Shown here: piece by piece, positions 1 to 12,285 of the stretch
How the letters are laid out: every line of letters starts with the position of its first letter
Numbering within the stretch: the stretch's first letter is position 1
DNA from: Nautiliaceae bacterium
GTDB lineage: Bacteria; Campylobacterota; Campylobacteria; Campylobacterales; Nautiliaceae
Direction: 5' to 3'
NCBI GenBank assembly: GCA_039831155.1
Contig: JBDONT010000043.1
Coordinates: 32,001-96,000, forward strand
DNA: 64,000 nucleotides
Program-made: the position numbers and the translations under genes
Notes under the pieces: generated by a model
Told to the model about the DNA's origin: nothing
The model's database searches: none
What the model saw: only the letters and a program-made list of their open reading frames with translations

Positions 1-109
1 GGTTTCTGTTTTTTCTTATAACAGCTTTTAACGGTACTACAACACTTCCGTTTGAAAAGGCTAAACCTATTCTTTTTAAGCCTACGTCAATTCCAATAAT
101 TCTTTCCAT
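1..109 (-). CDS. ruvX: Holliday junction resolvase-like YqgF/RuvX (DprB), 5' part only; truncated by window edge
   Basis: Not in ORF track. Manual translation from ATG at 109 gives MERIIGIDVGLKRIGLAFSNGSVVVPLKAVIRKNRN, containing the YqgF motif IDxGxKRIGxA. Position downstream of dprA matches Helicobacter/Campylobacter. Confidence 0.88.
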   Translation of the reverse strand, partial: MERIIGIDVGLKRIGLAFSNGSVVVPLKAVIRKNRN

Positions 110-576
110 TTTAAAACCTTTTGATTTAGATTTATTCTTGCATTTAGAGGGCTTGGGCTTGTAAGGTATATTATTTTTAAGTCAGGAAAATATTTTTTCA
201 TAACTTTTTGGGCAAGTCTGCTAGTTACTGCTATTTTTTTTATATTCGGATATTTTTTTAGAAGTTTTTTTATATCACAAGGTTCTATTATTTCTAGATT
301 GTCGTCTCTTGAGTTGTTTTCTTTTCTTTTTGCTTTACATATCGTATCCCAAAGGGCGATTTTGTGCTTTTTTAAAAATTCTATCTTTTCTTTGATACTC
401 GCAGGTTTTTTGTTTTGAAAAATTTCAGCTAGAATTTCCCAAAATTGATTTTTAGGGTGAGAGTAGTAAAAGTTGTTTTCAAAAGATTTAATAGACGGGA
501 AAGTCCCTAAAATTAATATTTCACTCTCTTTAAAAACGATAGGTTCAAAAGGGTGGTTAAAAATAGACTTTTCCAT
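82..576 (-). CDS. UDG-superfamily DNA-deoxyinosine (hypoxanthine) glycosylase
   Basis: Motifs HPFEP, ILILGTFPSIKS..FYYSHPKNQFW, IALWD and LTSPSP. Likely start is the ATG at 576 rather than 645. Overlaps dprA and ruvX. Confidence 0.8.
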   Translation of the reverse strand: MEKSIFNHPFEPIVFKESEILILGTFPSIKSFENNFYYSHPKNQFWEILAEIFQNKKPASIKEKIEFLKKHKIALWDTICKAKRKENNSRDDNLEIIEPCDIKKLLKKYPNIKKIAVTSRLAQKVMKKYFPDLKIIYLTSPSPLNARINLNQKVLKWKELLELT

Positions 577-1252
577 TTTTAATTTCAACCTTTCCTTCAA
601 GTTCCATTTCATATAGAGTATTTCCGTATTTTTTAAGAGCTTCATTAAGAGTTAATATTTTTTCATTATTTTCTAATTCAAACTGCTTTAAAAACTCATC
701 AATATCCCAAATAACTTCTGCCCCGTTTCTTGCCATATATCTGGTACCACTGCTTTCTGTAAGTCTTTGGGGAATTACAAAAACTTTTTTATTAAACTCT
801 TTTGCCCATTTAAAACTATTCATACTGCCGGAATTTAAACTAGCTTCCGGAATTATTACAAATTCGCTCAAAGCTATAATAATTCTGTTTCTTTGTAAAA
901 ATGTATGTTTATAGGGGGTAAAGTTTTTTTCGTATTCGCTGATTAAAAGAGCTTTTTCTTTTATCTCTTTTATGAGGTTTGCATTGCTTTTTGGGTATAT
1001 GACATCAATTGATGCGGGGGAGACTAGTATGGTATTTGGAAAAGCTGCTTTATGTGCACACGTATCGATACCCAATGCTCCACCACTTATAATAATGTAT
1101 TTTTTACTTAGGGCTTTTGCTAATATTTTGGTTATTTCTTTAGAGTATTTACTGGCTTTTCTAGTACCTACTATGGCTATTTTGGGTTTATTTAAAAGGT
1201 TTACATTACCCTCATAAAAAAGTTTGAAATTTTGATAGTTAATTGAGTTCAT
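557..1252 (-). CDS. dprA: DNA processing protein DprA (short epsilonproteobacterial form)
   Basis: IAIVGTR, ISGGALGIDTCAH, LISEY, FLQRNRIIIALS and SGS motifs. Confidence 0.95.
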   Translation of the reverse strand: MNSINYQNFKLFYEGNVNLLNKPKIAIVGTRKASKYSKEITKILAKALSKKYIIISGGALGIDTCAHKAAFPNTILVSPASIDVIYPKSNANLIKEIKEKALLISEYEKNFTPYKHTFLQRNRIIIALSEFVIIPEASLNSGSMNSFKWAKEFNKKVFVIPQRLTESSGTRYMARNGAEVIWDIDEFLKQFELENNEKILTLNEALKKYGNTLYEMELEGKVEIKNGKVYF

Positions 1253-2180
1253 CTATATATACTACCTTTATGTTTTTTAGGATATCTTGGGAGTTTTTTA
1301 GGGTTTTTAGGGTTATGGTGTGAGGATGTCCTATTGCTATGGCGTAACCCCTTTTTTTAGCTATTCTTACAGCTTTTTTAAGTTGATTTCTTATATAACT
1401 CGGTTTTTTTTCATTATCAAGAAAAATATTTCTTGAATATAATGGAATATGGTAGATTTGGTTTACTATTTTTGATTTTGAGTGAGGTGTTGTTTTTGAA
1501 TCCACAAATCCTATATGTTCTATTTTTAAAGCTCTAAACAGCTTTATCATAGCTTTTTTGTCTGCAGTAAAAGTACTCCCGGTGTGATTGTTTAAAAATT
1601 TTGCATTCGGAAAATATGCTTTTACTTCTTTTATTCTGTCAAGGATTGTTTTAAAAGAATCGTTTATATGTAGGGTTTTTGGTTCGGGTCTATTAAAATG
1701 TATAGCTTCCATTGGCAAATGAATCATATAATGGTTAAACTCTTTTGCGTATAAAGGGGTGTTCGGGTGCCTTTTAGTAGGAGGAAAAAAGGATGGTGTA
1801 ATTTTAAAAGGAATTGATTTTATAAGTTTTACTTGATAAGCAAAAGAAACGTCATCTATAATAATTACAAGTTTTGGTTTTGAAGATGTTTTTACGGGTT
1901 TAATGGGAGGTGGCATTATAACTTTGGTGTTATTGGTTGTTTTTTGATAATCAAGTATTTCAGAAGGAATTTTGGTATTTAGAGAGTTTTCAAGAGAAGA
2001 GATTTTCTCTTGAAGGGTTTTTATGTTGTTTTGAGTTTTTGTGAGTTTTTTTTCGTAAGTTGTTTTTGAAAAAATTAAATATATTAAAACTCCGCTAAGT
2101 ATAAATATTATGCCGATTAAAGAATAGATAATAACTTTAAGTTTATCTAATTCTTTATTTTTTTTTAATTTTTTTTTCAT
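1239..2180 (-). CDS. Divergent polysaccharide deacetylase family protein (membrane anchored)
   Basis: N-terminal TM helix and coiled coil; LVIIIDD, IHLPME, NNHTGS, FLDN and AIAIGHP motifs. Confidence 0.9.
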   Translation of the reverse strand: MKKKLKKNKELDKLKVIIYSLIGIIFILSGVLIYLIFSKTTYEKKLTKTQNNIKTLQEKISSLENSLNTKIPSEILDYQKTTNNTKVIMPPPIKPVKTSSKPKLVIIIDDVSFAYQVKLIKSIPFKITPSFFPPTKRHPNTPLYAKEFNHYMIHLPMEAIHFNRPEPKTLHINDSFKTILDRIKEVKAYFPNAKFLNNHTGSTFTADKKAMIKLFRALKIEHIGFVDSKTTPHSKSKIVNQIYHIPLYSRNIFLDNEKKPSYIRNQLKKAVRIAKKRGYAIAIGHPHTITLKTLKNSQDILKNIKVVYIDELN

Positions 2181-2410
2181 TTTGCTAAAATAATTTCAAC
2201 TTCTAATGTCTCAATATTTTGATTTGAATTTGTTTTTATATGAATGTCTTTTATGTCTAGATATTTTTTTACAACGTTAATTAAATCTTTTTTCATTTCA
2301 TCTAAATTTTCTATTTTTGTGTTTGCTCTTTCGTATGCGAGCATCATCATAAGTCTGTCTTTTGCTATATCTTTTGATTTTTTCTTTTTAAAAATATCAA
2401 ATAAACTCAT
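2177..2410 (-). CDS. minE: Cell division topological specificity factor MinE
   Basis: AKDRL..ER and DLINVVKKY motifs; directly downstream of minD. Confidence 0.93.
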   Translation of the reverse strand: MSLFDIFKKKKSKDIAKDRLMMMLAYERANTKIENLDEMKKDLINVVKKYLDIKDIHIKTNSNQNIETLEVEIILAK

Positions 2411-3216
2411 TTAAAAAGTCCTTTTAGTTTGCTAAGTAAGCCTTTTTTTGCTTTTAAGTCCAAAAACTCAACTTCTTCTCCTAAAATTCTTCTTGCAATT
2501 CTTCTAAACGCTTCTCCTACAAGAGAGTTTTCATCAAGTACTACCGGTTTACCCAAGTTTGTAGAATTTACTATATCTTCATCATCCGGTACCACTCCTA
2601 TTAAAGGAAGTGCCAGGATGTGGAGTACGTCTTCTGTTGATAACATTTGACCTTTTTCTACCAGTTCCGGTTTAATTCTATTGATAATGATATGTTTTAA
2701 AACTTCTTTGCCTTCTTGTGCTTTTTTACTTTTAGCGTCTATTATTCCTATAACTCTATCGGCATCTCTAACTGAAGATATTTCAGGGGTTGTTACTATT
2801 AAGGCTCTGTCCGCCAGATAAATAGAATGTTCAAATCCACTCTCAATTCCGGCAGGGGAATCGATTAAAATATAATCGAAATCTTTTTTAAGCTCTTCTA
2901 TCAGTTTTTCTACTTTATCTTTGTTTAATACGTTTTTATCTTTTGTTTGGCTTGCCGGAAGGAAGTGGAGGTTTTCCACTCTTTTATCTTTAATAATAGC
3001 TTGAGCTAAATTACAGTTACCTTCCATTACGTCTACTACGTCAAATACTATTCTGTTTTCAAGTCCAAGTATCATATCGAGGTTTCTAAGCCCTATATCA
3101 AAGTCTACCGCTATTACTTTTTTACCTTGTTTTGCAAGGGCAGTTGCTATGTTTGCAGTGGATGTTGATTTTCCAACTCCACCTTTTCCACTTGTTATTG
3201 TTATAACTTCACCCAA
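2407..3216 (-). CDS. minD: Septum site-determining ATPase MinD
   Basis: [26 protein letters not shown] and a C-terminal amphipathic helix; TTG start. Confidence 0.97.
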   Translation of the reverse strand: MGEVITITSGKGGVGKSTSTANIATALAKQGKKVIAVDFDIGLRNLDMILGLENRIVFDVVDVMEGNCNLAQAIIKDKRVENLHFLPASQTKDKNVLNKDKVEKLIEELKKDFDYILIDSPAGIESGFEHSIYLADRALIVTTPEISSVRDADRVIGIIDAKSKKAQEGKEVLKHIIINRIKPELVEKGQMLSTEDVLHILALPLIGVVPDDEDIVNSTNLGKPVVLDENSLVGEAFRRIARRILGEEVEFLDLKAKKGLLSKLKGLFK

Positions 3217-3220
3217 AATT

Positions 3221-3280
3221 TCTCCTTTTTTGTAACTTATAAAATTTACCCCGTAAACTTTATAAGTCCCAAAAAGGGAA
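3221..3280 (-). promoter_or_regulatory. Long hairpin in the ilvC-minD spacer covering the minD Shine-Dalgarno
   Basis: On the mRNA strand GACUUAUAAAGUUUAC pairs fully with GUAAAUUUUAUAAGUU (16 bp including 2 G-U pairs, GGG loop). The outer stem UUCCCUUUUUG pairs with CAAAAAAGGAG. Confidence 0.65.
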
Positions 3281-3285
3281 GAGAA

Positions 3286-4326
<1,041 letters not shown>

Positions 4327-4375
4327 TTATATCAAATAATTTGTTATAATTGATTTTTAATAAAGGAGGAGTTTT

Positions 4376-4921
4376 ATGAAAAAACTGTTTTTCGTTATAT
4401 TTTTGTCACATTTTTTGTTTGCCACCCAAGATTACTTGCAAAAAATGACTCTTTTACAACTTTTTAAAAAACAGTATTATTCTTATATTTGTCAGCAAAG
4501 ATGGAGATATATAAATAAGTACAATAATAAAAGAGAAGATTTGTTATCCCTTGTAGCTTATGCGTGTTTAAAAAAGAGATACTTGACACCGGCTTTAGAT
4601 TTAGCTAAAGTTTTAAAAGTGACAAAAGAGGGACGTAAAAATGCCACTTATATTACAATATTGTTTTTAATGAAGAAACTTATCATTCAAAAAATAGAAG
4701 ATAATTTGGATTTATCGGGAATAGTCTTACCTATTATTAGCGACAATAATTTGGGAAAAGTTTATAATTATATACAAAAAGGTAATTATCATACGGATGA
4801 TAAAGTTATTTTTATCGATGACGGTAATATTTCTTTTAAAGTTTGGATTAGTAATAATTTTAACGTTGTAGTTGAAAAATTTGAAAACAATCAATTAAAA
4901 AGTAGGGAGTTTTACTGGTGA
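4376..4921 (+). CDS. Hypothetical exported protein, first gene of the pilB-pilC operon
   Basis: RBS AAGGAGG, signal-peptide-like N-terminus, overlaps the pilB start. Confidence 0.75.
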   Translation: MKKLFFVIFLSHFLFATQDYLQKMTLLQLFKKQYYSYICQQRWRYINKYNNKREDLLSLVAYACLKKRYLTPALDLAKVLKVTKEGRKNATYITILFLMKKLIIQKIEDNLDLSGIVLPIISDNNLGKVYNYIQKGNYHTDDKVIFIDDGNISFKVWISNNFNVVVEKFENNQLKSREFYW

Positions 4922-6555
4922 AAATAGGAGAATTTTTTTTAAAAAACGGGATTATTAACGAAGAACAATTACAAAAGGTTTTGGAACATCAAAAAAAGCA
5001 TCCTTCTAAAAAGTTGGTTGATATTCTTTTTGAGTTCGGTTATATCACTAAGCAACAGTTTTTAGAGTTTTTATCTAAACAGATGGGAATTAGATATGTT
5101 GATAATCTTGATAACGTAAGATTAAGAGATATTAAAATTCCGGTAAATATTCTAAAACAGACGTTTTCGGTGCCTATCGAAGTAAAATATGATAAAGCCG
5201 TTATTGCGATGGCCGATCCGCTTGATTGGAACGCCCAGGCACTGATTAAAAGATTTTTTCAAGATAAAAATTTAGAAATAGTTTTAGGGTTTAAAGATGA
5301 TATAAAGAAAATAATAAAAAAAGTTGAAGATAGAGAGAAAATTAAAGAAATTTTAAACGATATTAAAAAAGAGCTTCACGGAGAAGAGATAAAAGGTGAC
5401 GAATCGGCTATTATGAGGCTTATCAAATATATATTGGTTTCTTCAATCGAAAGAAAAGCGAGTGATATTCATATAGAAGCGGATGAGGGTGAAGGTGAAG
5501 TTAGAATAAGGGTTTTTGGTACTTTATATGAATTTTTGGATTTTGACGAAGAGATTTTTTCAGCTATCAATTCAAGAATAAAGCTTTTAGCCGGACTTGA
5601 CGTTAGTGAAAAAAGAAAACCTCAAGACGGTGCCTTTTCTATGCAATTCGGGCCTAATAAGTTCGATTTTAGGGTATCAACCCTTCCTACTATTTGGGGA
5701 GAGAGTATAGTTATTAGGATTTTGGATAAAAGAAATATTTTAAAGAAAATCGATGAAATAGGTATTACTCAAAAAAATTTGCAACTTATAAAAAAATCTC
5801 TTTCTCAACCCAACGGAATTTTTCTTGTAACAGGACCTACCGGTAGTGGTAAATCCACAACCTTATACGCTTCTTTAAATGAAATAAACTCAACCGATAG
5901 AAAAATCATCACGGTAGAAGACCCGGTAGAATATAAATTAAAAGGTATCCAGCAAGTTCAGGTTAATCCAAAAGTTGGTCTTACGTTTGCCGGTGCCCTT
6001 AGAAGTATCTTAAGACAAGACCCCGATATTATTATGATTGGGGAGATTAGGGATAAAGAGACTTTAGAAATTGCGATTAAAGCTGCAATGACCGGACATT
6101 TGGTATTGTCGACATTGCATACGAATGATGCGGTTGCCGCTATTAACAGGATGATTGATATGGGAGTTGACCCTTTTTTGGTGGCGACCGCTTTAATAGG
6201 GGTTGAAGCTCAAAGACTTGTTAAAACAATCTGTCCTTATTGTAAAACAACTCATAAACCGGCCGATATTTATCTTGACCCTATTAAAAACCTAATTCCG
6301 AAAGATACGGTGTTTTATACCGGAAAAGGGTGTGAGAAGTGTAATATGACCGGTTTTGCCGGAAGGTCATTGATTACCGAAGTTTTTATGAAAGATGAAG
6401 AACTTGAATCTATGATTTCAAAAAACAAAGATAAATTGGAACTTTTAAAATATTTGAAAGAAAAAGGATTTAAGAATATGTTTTATGACGGACTTATTAA
6501 GGCGGTAAAAGGAGAAACGACTTTGGAAGAAGTGTATAGGGTGGCGAAGCTATGA
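4918..6555 (+). CDS. GspE/PilB-family pilus assembly ATPase
   Basis: N-terminal KIGE.F...G.I...QL (MshEN-like) region, ASDIHIE, GPTGSGKST, TVEDPVE, LRQDPDIIMIGEIRD, CxxC...CxxC zinc site. Confidence 0.93.
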   Translation: MKIGEFFLKNGIINEEQLQKVLEHQKKHPSKKLVDILFEFGYITKQQFLEFLSKQMGIRYVDNLDNVRLRDIKIPVNILKQTFSVPIEVKYDKAVIAMADPLDWNAQALIKRFFQDKNLEIVLGFKDDIKKIIKKVEDREKIKEILNDIKKELHGEEIKGDESAIMRLIKYILVSSIERKASDIHIEADEGEGEVRIRVFGTLYEFLDFDEEIFSAINSRIKLLAGLDVSEKRKPQDGAFSMQFGPNKFDFRVSTLPTIWGESIVIRILDKRNILKKIDEIGITQKNLQLIKKSLSQPNGIFLVTGPTGSGKSTTLYASLNEINSTDRKIITVEDPVEYKLKGIQQVQVNPKVGLTFAGALRSILRQDPDIIMIGEIRDKETLEIAIKAAMTGHLVLSTLHTNDAVAAINRMIDMGVDPFLVATALIGVEAQRLVKTICPYCKTTHKPADIYLDPIKNLIPKDTVFYTGKGCEKCNMTGFAGRSLITEVFMKDEELESMISKNKDKLELLKYLKEKGFKNMFYDGLIKAVKGETTLEEVYRVAKL

Positions 6556-7793
6556 AGTATTATAAAATTACTTTTTTGTATAAAGGGCAGCAGCAAGAGG
6601 TCATTATAAAAGCCTTAAATAAAGCGGAAGCGATTATAGACGGGAAAAAGATAAATAAAGGGCTTTTGGTAAAAGTTGAAGAAATTCCTATGCCTTTTGA
6701 GGAAAAAGTAAAAATTTTAAAAGATATTTTTAAATCTAAAATTATGAGAAAAAAATTAAATTACCCTTCTTATATTTCTTCTATTAGGCAACTTGCGGTT
6801 TTGATTAAAGCCGGTATTTCGTTAAAAGATTCTTTAGAGGATATAGCGAATAATACCGAAGACGAAATGATAAAAAAGCTTTTTTTAAAAGCGGCGGAAG
6901 CAATTGACAGTGGAAAATCATTATCGGATGTATTTGCCGAATATGAACAGTATGTAGGAGGAATTTCTCTTGCGATGATAAGACTCGGAGAACAAACCGG
7001 GGATTTGGTAATGGCTCTTGAGAGTCTTGCTAAAATTTTTGAAAATATGTATGAAAATAGAAAAAAAATGGTAAAAGCTTTACGTTATCCTATTTTTACG
7101 TTAATAGCTATTGCGGTTGCTTTTACGTTTTTGATTTTAATGGTCGTACCGAGGTTTAAATCTATTTTCGAACAATTACATGCTCAACTGCCTTTACCGA
7201 CCAGAATTCTTCTATTAATAGAAAAGATTTTATCTCAATACGGATTTGTGGTATTGGCGATAATTATTATTACTATTTTAGTGACGACGTTTTCTTATAA
7301 AACTTCTTATAATTTCAAACTCAAAATGGATAAAATTTTATTAAAAACTTATTTGATTAATAAAATTATAGAATACTCAACTCTTCATAGATTTTTAATG
7401 ACTATGGCGTCTTTACTTAGAAGCGGTATTCCTCTTGTGGATGCTTTAAAAATTAGTGAAGGTATTGTTGAGAATGAAGTATTGAAAAATAAAATTAAAG
7501 AGATAGTCAAAGGAATTAATCAGGGTAGAAGTTTTGCAGAGATGATAGAAGAGGTTGATTTGGTGAACTTCGTTGCAAAAAGAATGATTAGTGCGGGAGA
7601 GGAATCGGGAGAACTTGACAGTATGCTTCAAAGTGCGGCCGATTATTATGAAGATAGGTTTAAAGACGTTATTGAAAATATGCAAGCTTCCATAGAACCT
7701 ATTATGTTAACGGTAATAGGTGGTATTGTTTTATTATTGATGTTAGGAATTTTTATGCCGATGTGGGATTTGGCAAAAGCGGCTAAGGGTTGA
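6552..7793 (+). CDS. GspF/PilC-family inner-membrane platform protein
   Basis: QLAVLIKAGI, GEQTGDL, ALRYP, GEESGELD and IEP motifs; three TM segments. Confidence 0.93.
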   Translation: MKYYKITFLYKGQQQEVIIKALNKAEAIIDGKKINKGLLVKVEEIPMPFEEKVKILKDIFKSKIMRKKLNYPSYISSIRQLAVLIKAGISLKDSLEDIANNTEDEMIKKLFLKAAEAIDSGKSLSDVFAEYEQYVGGISLAMIRLGEQTGDLVMALESLAKIFENMYENRKKMVKALRYPIFTLIAIAVAFTFLILMVVPRFKSIFEQLHAQLPLPTRILLLIEKILSQYGFVVLAIIIITILVTTFSYKTSYNFKLKMDKILLKTYLINKIIEYSTLHRFLMTMASLLRSGIPLVDALKISEGIVENEVLKNKIKEIVKGINQGRSFAEMIEEVDLVNFVAKRMISAGEESGELDSMLQSAADYYEDRFKDVIENMQASIEPIMLTVIGGIVLLLMLGIFMPMWDLAKAAKG

Positions 7794-8054
7794 TTTTTTT
7801 GTTTATTTTATAATTTTTATACTCTTTTTCCGCTTCTTCATACTCTTTTTTCAGTTTTTTGTACTCTATTCTTATGTTCATAATAGCAGCACTTACTCCC
7901 CAAAACACTCCAAGCCACAAAAGCCACCATTCATTAAACGTGTTTTTCATCCATATGCCAAGCCCGATTCCCATTAAAATAGCTACTACTACGGAAATGC
8001 CGAGTGAGAGCTTTTCAGCTCCCTCAACGGTTTTGCCAAGTTTTCCTTTTTTCA

Positions 8055-8055
<1 letters not shown>
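7783..8055 (-). CDS. AtpZ/AtpI-family small membrane protein
   Basis: LSLGISVVVAILMGIGLG and LWLGVFWGVSAA; two TM helices; downstream of hemL as in Campylobacterota. Confidence 0.75.
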
Positions 8056-9311
<1,256 letters not shown>

Positions 9312-9368
9312 TTGCAATCCTTTAATTTTATTTTAAATATGCTAAAATTATACAAAAAAAGGTTTGTA

Positions 9369-9650
9369 ATGAAAATAGATGAGAAATTGGTTCAAAGACT
9401 TGAAAATCTATCAATGGTGGAAATTGAAGATAAAGAAAAGATGGCAAAAGATTTAGCTGAAATTGTTGAGTTTGTAGAAATGCTTAACGAACTTGATACG
9501 AGTGAAATCGACGCTACGTTTTCAACTCTAAACAATCCTACTCCTTTAAGAGAAGATGAAGTTGTAGAGAATAATATAATCGAAGAGGTATTGTCTCACG
9601 CTCCAAAAGCAAAAGACGGATTCTTTATCGTTCCTAAAATTATAGAATAA
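9369..9650 (+). CDS. gatC: Asp/Glu-tRNA amidotransferase subunit C
   Basis: LNELDT, TPLREDEV and FFIVPKIIE; start reassigned to ATG 9369 (AAGG RBS). Confidence 0.93.
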   Translation: MKIDEKLVQRLENLSMVEIEDKEKMAKDLAEIVEFVEMLNELDTSEIDATFSTLNNPTPLREDEVVENNIIEEVLSHAPKAKDGFFIVPKIIE

Positions 9651-9660
9651 GGATTGAAAA

Positions 9661-10728
9661 ATGGCACTCTCATACACTCTTGAACAGTTATTAAGAAGTA
9701 TTAAAGACTACAAAGCAAGTGACTTGCATTTAAATGTAAACGCAGAGCCGATGTTAAGGATTGACGGAAGACTCACTCCTTTAAATCTGCCGAAACTTAC
9801 AAAAGAAGATGTGGTCGAGCTTTGTTATTCGGTTTTGACGGAAAAGCAAAAGGCTGTTTTAGAAGATGAACTTGAACTTGACTTTTCTTTTGAAATTCCA
9901 AAAGTTGCCAGATTTAGGGCAAATTACTATTTTGAAAGAGAAAGTCTAGCGGCTGCTTTTAGGATTATTCCGGAAAGACCTCTTAGTCTTGACGAACTTA
10001 ACGCTCCGGCTATTTTCAAAAAATTAGTAAGAAGGGAAAAAGGGCTTGTACTTGTAACGGGGCCTACTGGTAGTGGTAAATCTACAACCCTTGCTGCTAT
10101 GCTTAATGAAATTAACGAATCTTTTAATAAACACATAATTACCATTGAAGACCCTATAGAGTTTGTTCACCAGCATAAAAAATCTCTTATTTCCCAAAGA
10201 GAAGTTGGACGCGATACGAAATCGTTTTTAAATGCACTTAGAGCTTCTTTAAGGGAAGACCCGGATGTGATTTTAATCGGGGAGATGAGAGATAAAGAAA
10301 CTATAGGAGCGGCTATTACCGCAGCAGAAACAGGGCATTTGGTGTTTGGTACATTACATACAAACTCCGCAGTACAAACCATAAACAGAATTGTAAACGT
10401 ATTCCCAGCAAACGAACAAGACCAAATCAGAACTCAACTTTCAATGGCTATTTTGGCAGTTATTGCTCAAAGTTTATTACCTAAAATCGGAGGTGGAAGG
10501 GTTGCGGCTCAAGAAATTATGATAAACAACCCGGCTATTGCAAACCTTATTCGTGAAAATAAAATTTCTCAAATCTACTCTCAAATGCAATTAAATCAGG
10601 GTACTACCGGAATGCAGACAATGAATCAAGTTTTAGCGGATTTAGTAAGACGTCATATCGTTGATAAAGAAACCGCTATGGCTTATTCTACGAAACCGGA
10701 AGAACTTAGAAAATTAATCGGTGTATAA
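9661..10728 (+). CDS. pilT: Type IV pilus retraction ATPase PilT
   Basis: ASDLHL, GPTGSGKSTTLAA, TIEDPIE, LREDPDVILIGEMRD, TLHTNSA and AIANLIRE (AIRNLIRE-type motif). Confidence 0.95.
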   Translation: MALSYTLEQLLRSIKDYKASDLHLNVNAEPMLRIDGRLTPLNLPKLTKEDVVELCYSVLTEKQKAVLEDELELDFSFEIPKVARFRANYYFERESLAAAFRIIPERPLSLDELNAPAIFKKLVRREKGLVLVTGPTGSGKSTTLAAMLNEINESFNKHIITIEDPIEFVHQHKKSLISQREVGRDTKSFLNALRASLREDPDVILIGEMRDKETIGAAITAAETGHLVFGTLHTNSAVQTINRIVNVFPANEQDQIRTQLSMAILAVIAQSLLPKIGGGRVAAQEIMINNPAIANLIRENKISQIYSQMQLNQGTTGMQTMNQVLADLVRRHIVDKETAMAYSTKPEELRKLIGV

Positions 10729-11732
10729 TGAAAGATTTATTGGTTTCTTCTTATGATTATAATTTACCTCCAGAGCTTATAGCTAAATATCCCGTAACGC
10801 CGCGGGATAGTGCTAAGCTTTTGGTGTATGATAGAAAAAAAAATAAAATCTATCATACCGTTTTTAGAAATATTTTAGATTTTGTAGGGGATAAAAGGTT
10901 TGTTTTTAACGATACGAAAGTTATAAAAGCTAGGATTTTCGGTAAAAAAGAGACAGGTGGAAGGATAGAACTTCTTTTAAATAGACCTTTTGGAGATAAA
11001 TTTTTGGTTTATATAAGAGGGAAAGTAAAAGAGGGGAGAGTTTTATATTTTGATGAAGGTTTAAAAGCTAAGGTTATCGAGCTTTTAGAAGATGGAAGCA
11101 GGATGGTTGAGTTTTATAAAGATAATAAAAAACTCTCTTTTTTAGAGCTTGTAAAAATTTTAGAAAAAATCGGTCATATTCCACTGCCTCCTTATATAAA
11201 AAGAAATGATGAAAAACTTGATGAGAGGGAATATCAAACGGTGTTTGCACGTAAAGTCGGAGCCGTTGCCGCACCAACTGCGAGTTTACACTTTACTCCC
11301 TCTCTTCTTGAAGAGATTGAAAAAAAAGCATATCTTACTTTGCACGTGGGTGCCGGGACTTTTAAGCCGGTTGAGGTTGAGGATATAAGAGAGCATAAAA
11401 TGCATAGTGAATATTTTGAAATTCCACTTTCTACTGCTAAAATTCTTGATAGTGATGAAGAGATTGTTGCAGTTGGAACTACTTCTACAAGAACGATAGA
11501 GTATTATGCAAGAACTAAAAAGCGTGAAGGGGAATGTGATTTGTTTTTAAATCCTTTAAATCCTCCAATTAGAGTAAATCATCTCTTAACAAACTTTCAT
11601 CTTCCAAAATCAACTCTTATAATGCTTGTAGCTGCATTTATAGGCAGAGAAAAAACTCTTAAACTTTATCAAAAAGCAATTGATAAAAAATACAGGTTTT
11701 ATAGTTATGGAGATGCTATGCTTATAATTTAA
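10728..11732 (+). CDS. queA: S-adenosylmethionine:tRNA ribosyltransferase-isomerase
   Basis: YDYNLPPELIA, PLPPYI, YQTVFA, AAPTASLHFT, TLHVGAGTF, TNFHLP and YRFYSYGDAM. Confidence 0.97.
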   Translation: MKDLLVSSYDYNLPPELIAKYPVTPRDSAKLLVYDRKKNKIYHTVFRNILDFVGDKRFVFNDTKVIKARIFGKKETGGRIELLLNRPFGDKFLVYIRGKVKEGRVLYFDEGLKAKVIELLEDGSRMVEFYKDNKKLSFLELVKILEKIGHIPLPPYIKRNDEKLDEREYQTVFARKVGAVAAPTASLHFTPSLLEEIEKKAYLTLHVGAGTFKPVEVEDIREHKMHSEYFEIPLSTAKILDSDEEIVAVGTTSTRTIEYYARTKKREGECDLFLNPLNPPIRVNHLLTNFHLPKSTLIMLVAAFIGREKTLKLYQKAIDKKYRFYSYGDAMLII

Positions 11733-11753
11733 ATGGAGAAAATCTCCATTTAA
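11729..11753. terminator. Probable bidirectional terminator between convergent queA and trxC
   Basis: Perfect 11-bp inverted repeat ttaaatggaga-aaa-tctccatttaa overlapping both stop codons. Confidence 0.7.
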
Positions 11754-12187
11754 CCTGCTATTTTATCTACCCACATACTAAAGCTGAATTCATCCAGTGC
11801 ACCCATAGCTCTGTCTACTTCAACTCCGTCTTTAAGAGCTACGATTGTAGGTATGCTTCTTATACCAAATTGCATAGCGGCTTGTTGATTTTTGTCGGTA
11901 TTTATTTTAATAAATTGAGCTTTTAGAGGAAAAGAAGCTGCAACTTTATTAAAGATAGGTGCAAACATTTGACACGGACCACACCATTCAGCCCAAAAAT
12001 CAACTATTACAGGTACATTGACCGAATTTGCTATTTTGTGGAATTCATCGTAACTGTCAACTGAAATTGCTTTATTTTCAAGTAAATTCCCTTTACAAAC
12101 TCCACATACGGCTTTTTTATATTCGTCTTTTTTTGGAAGTTTATTTAAACTTTTACAATGAGGACAAGCGAAAATTATAGTATTCAT
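11750..12187 (-). CDS. trxC: Thioredoxin 2 (zinc-finger thioredoxin)
   Basis: N-terminal CPHC...CGVC and active site WCGPC; start at ATG 12187. Confidence 0.92.
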   Translation of the reverse strand: MNTIIFACPHCKSLNKLPKKDEYKKAVCGVCKGNLLENKAISVDSYDEFHKIANSVNVPVIVDFWAEWCGPCQMFAPIFNKVAASFPLKAQFIKINTDKNQQAAMQFGIRSIPTIVALKDGVEVDRAMGALDEFSFSMWVDKIAG

Positions 12188-12285
12188 ATTCTTTCCTTTA
12201 TCAGAAAAATTTAGTCGAATTATATAAATTTTTATATGCTTTGTCAAATAAATGTGATATAATATCGTTAAAAAAGGATAGTGGA

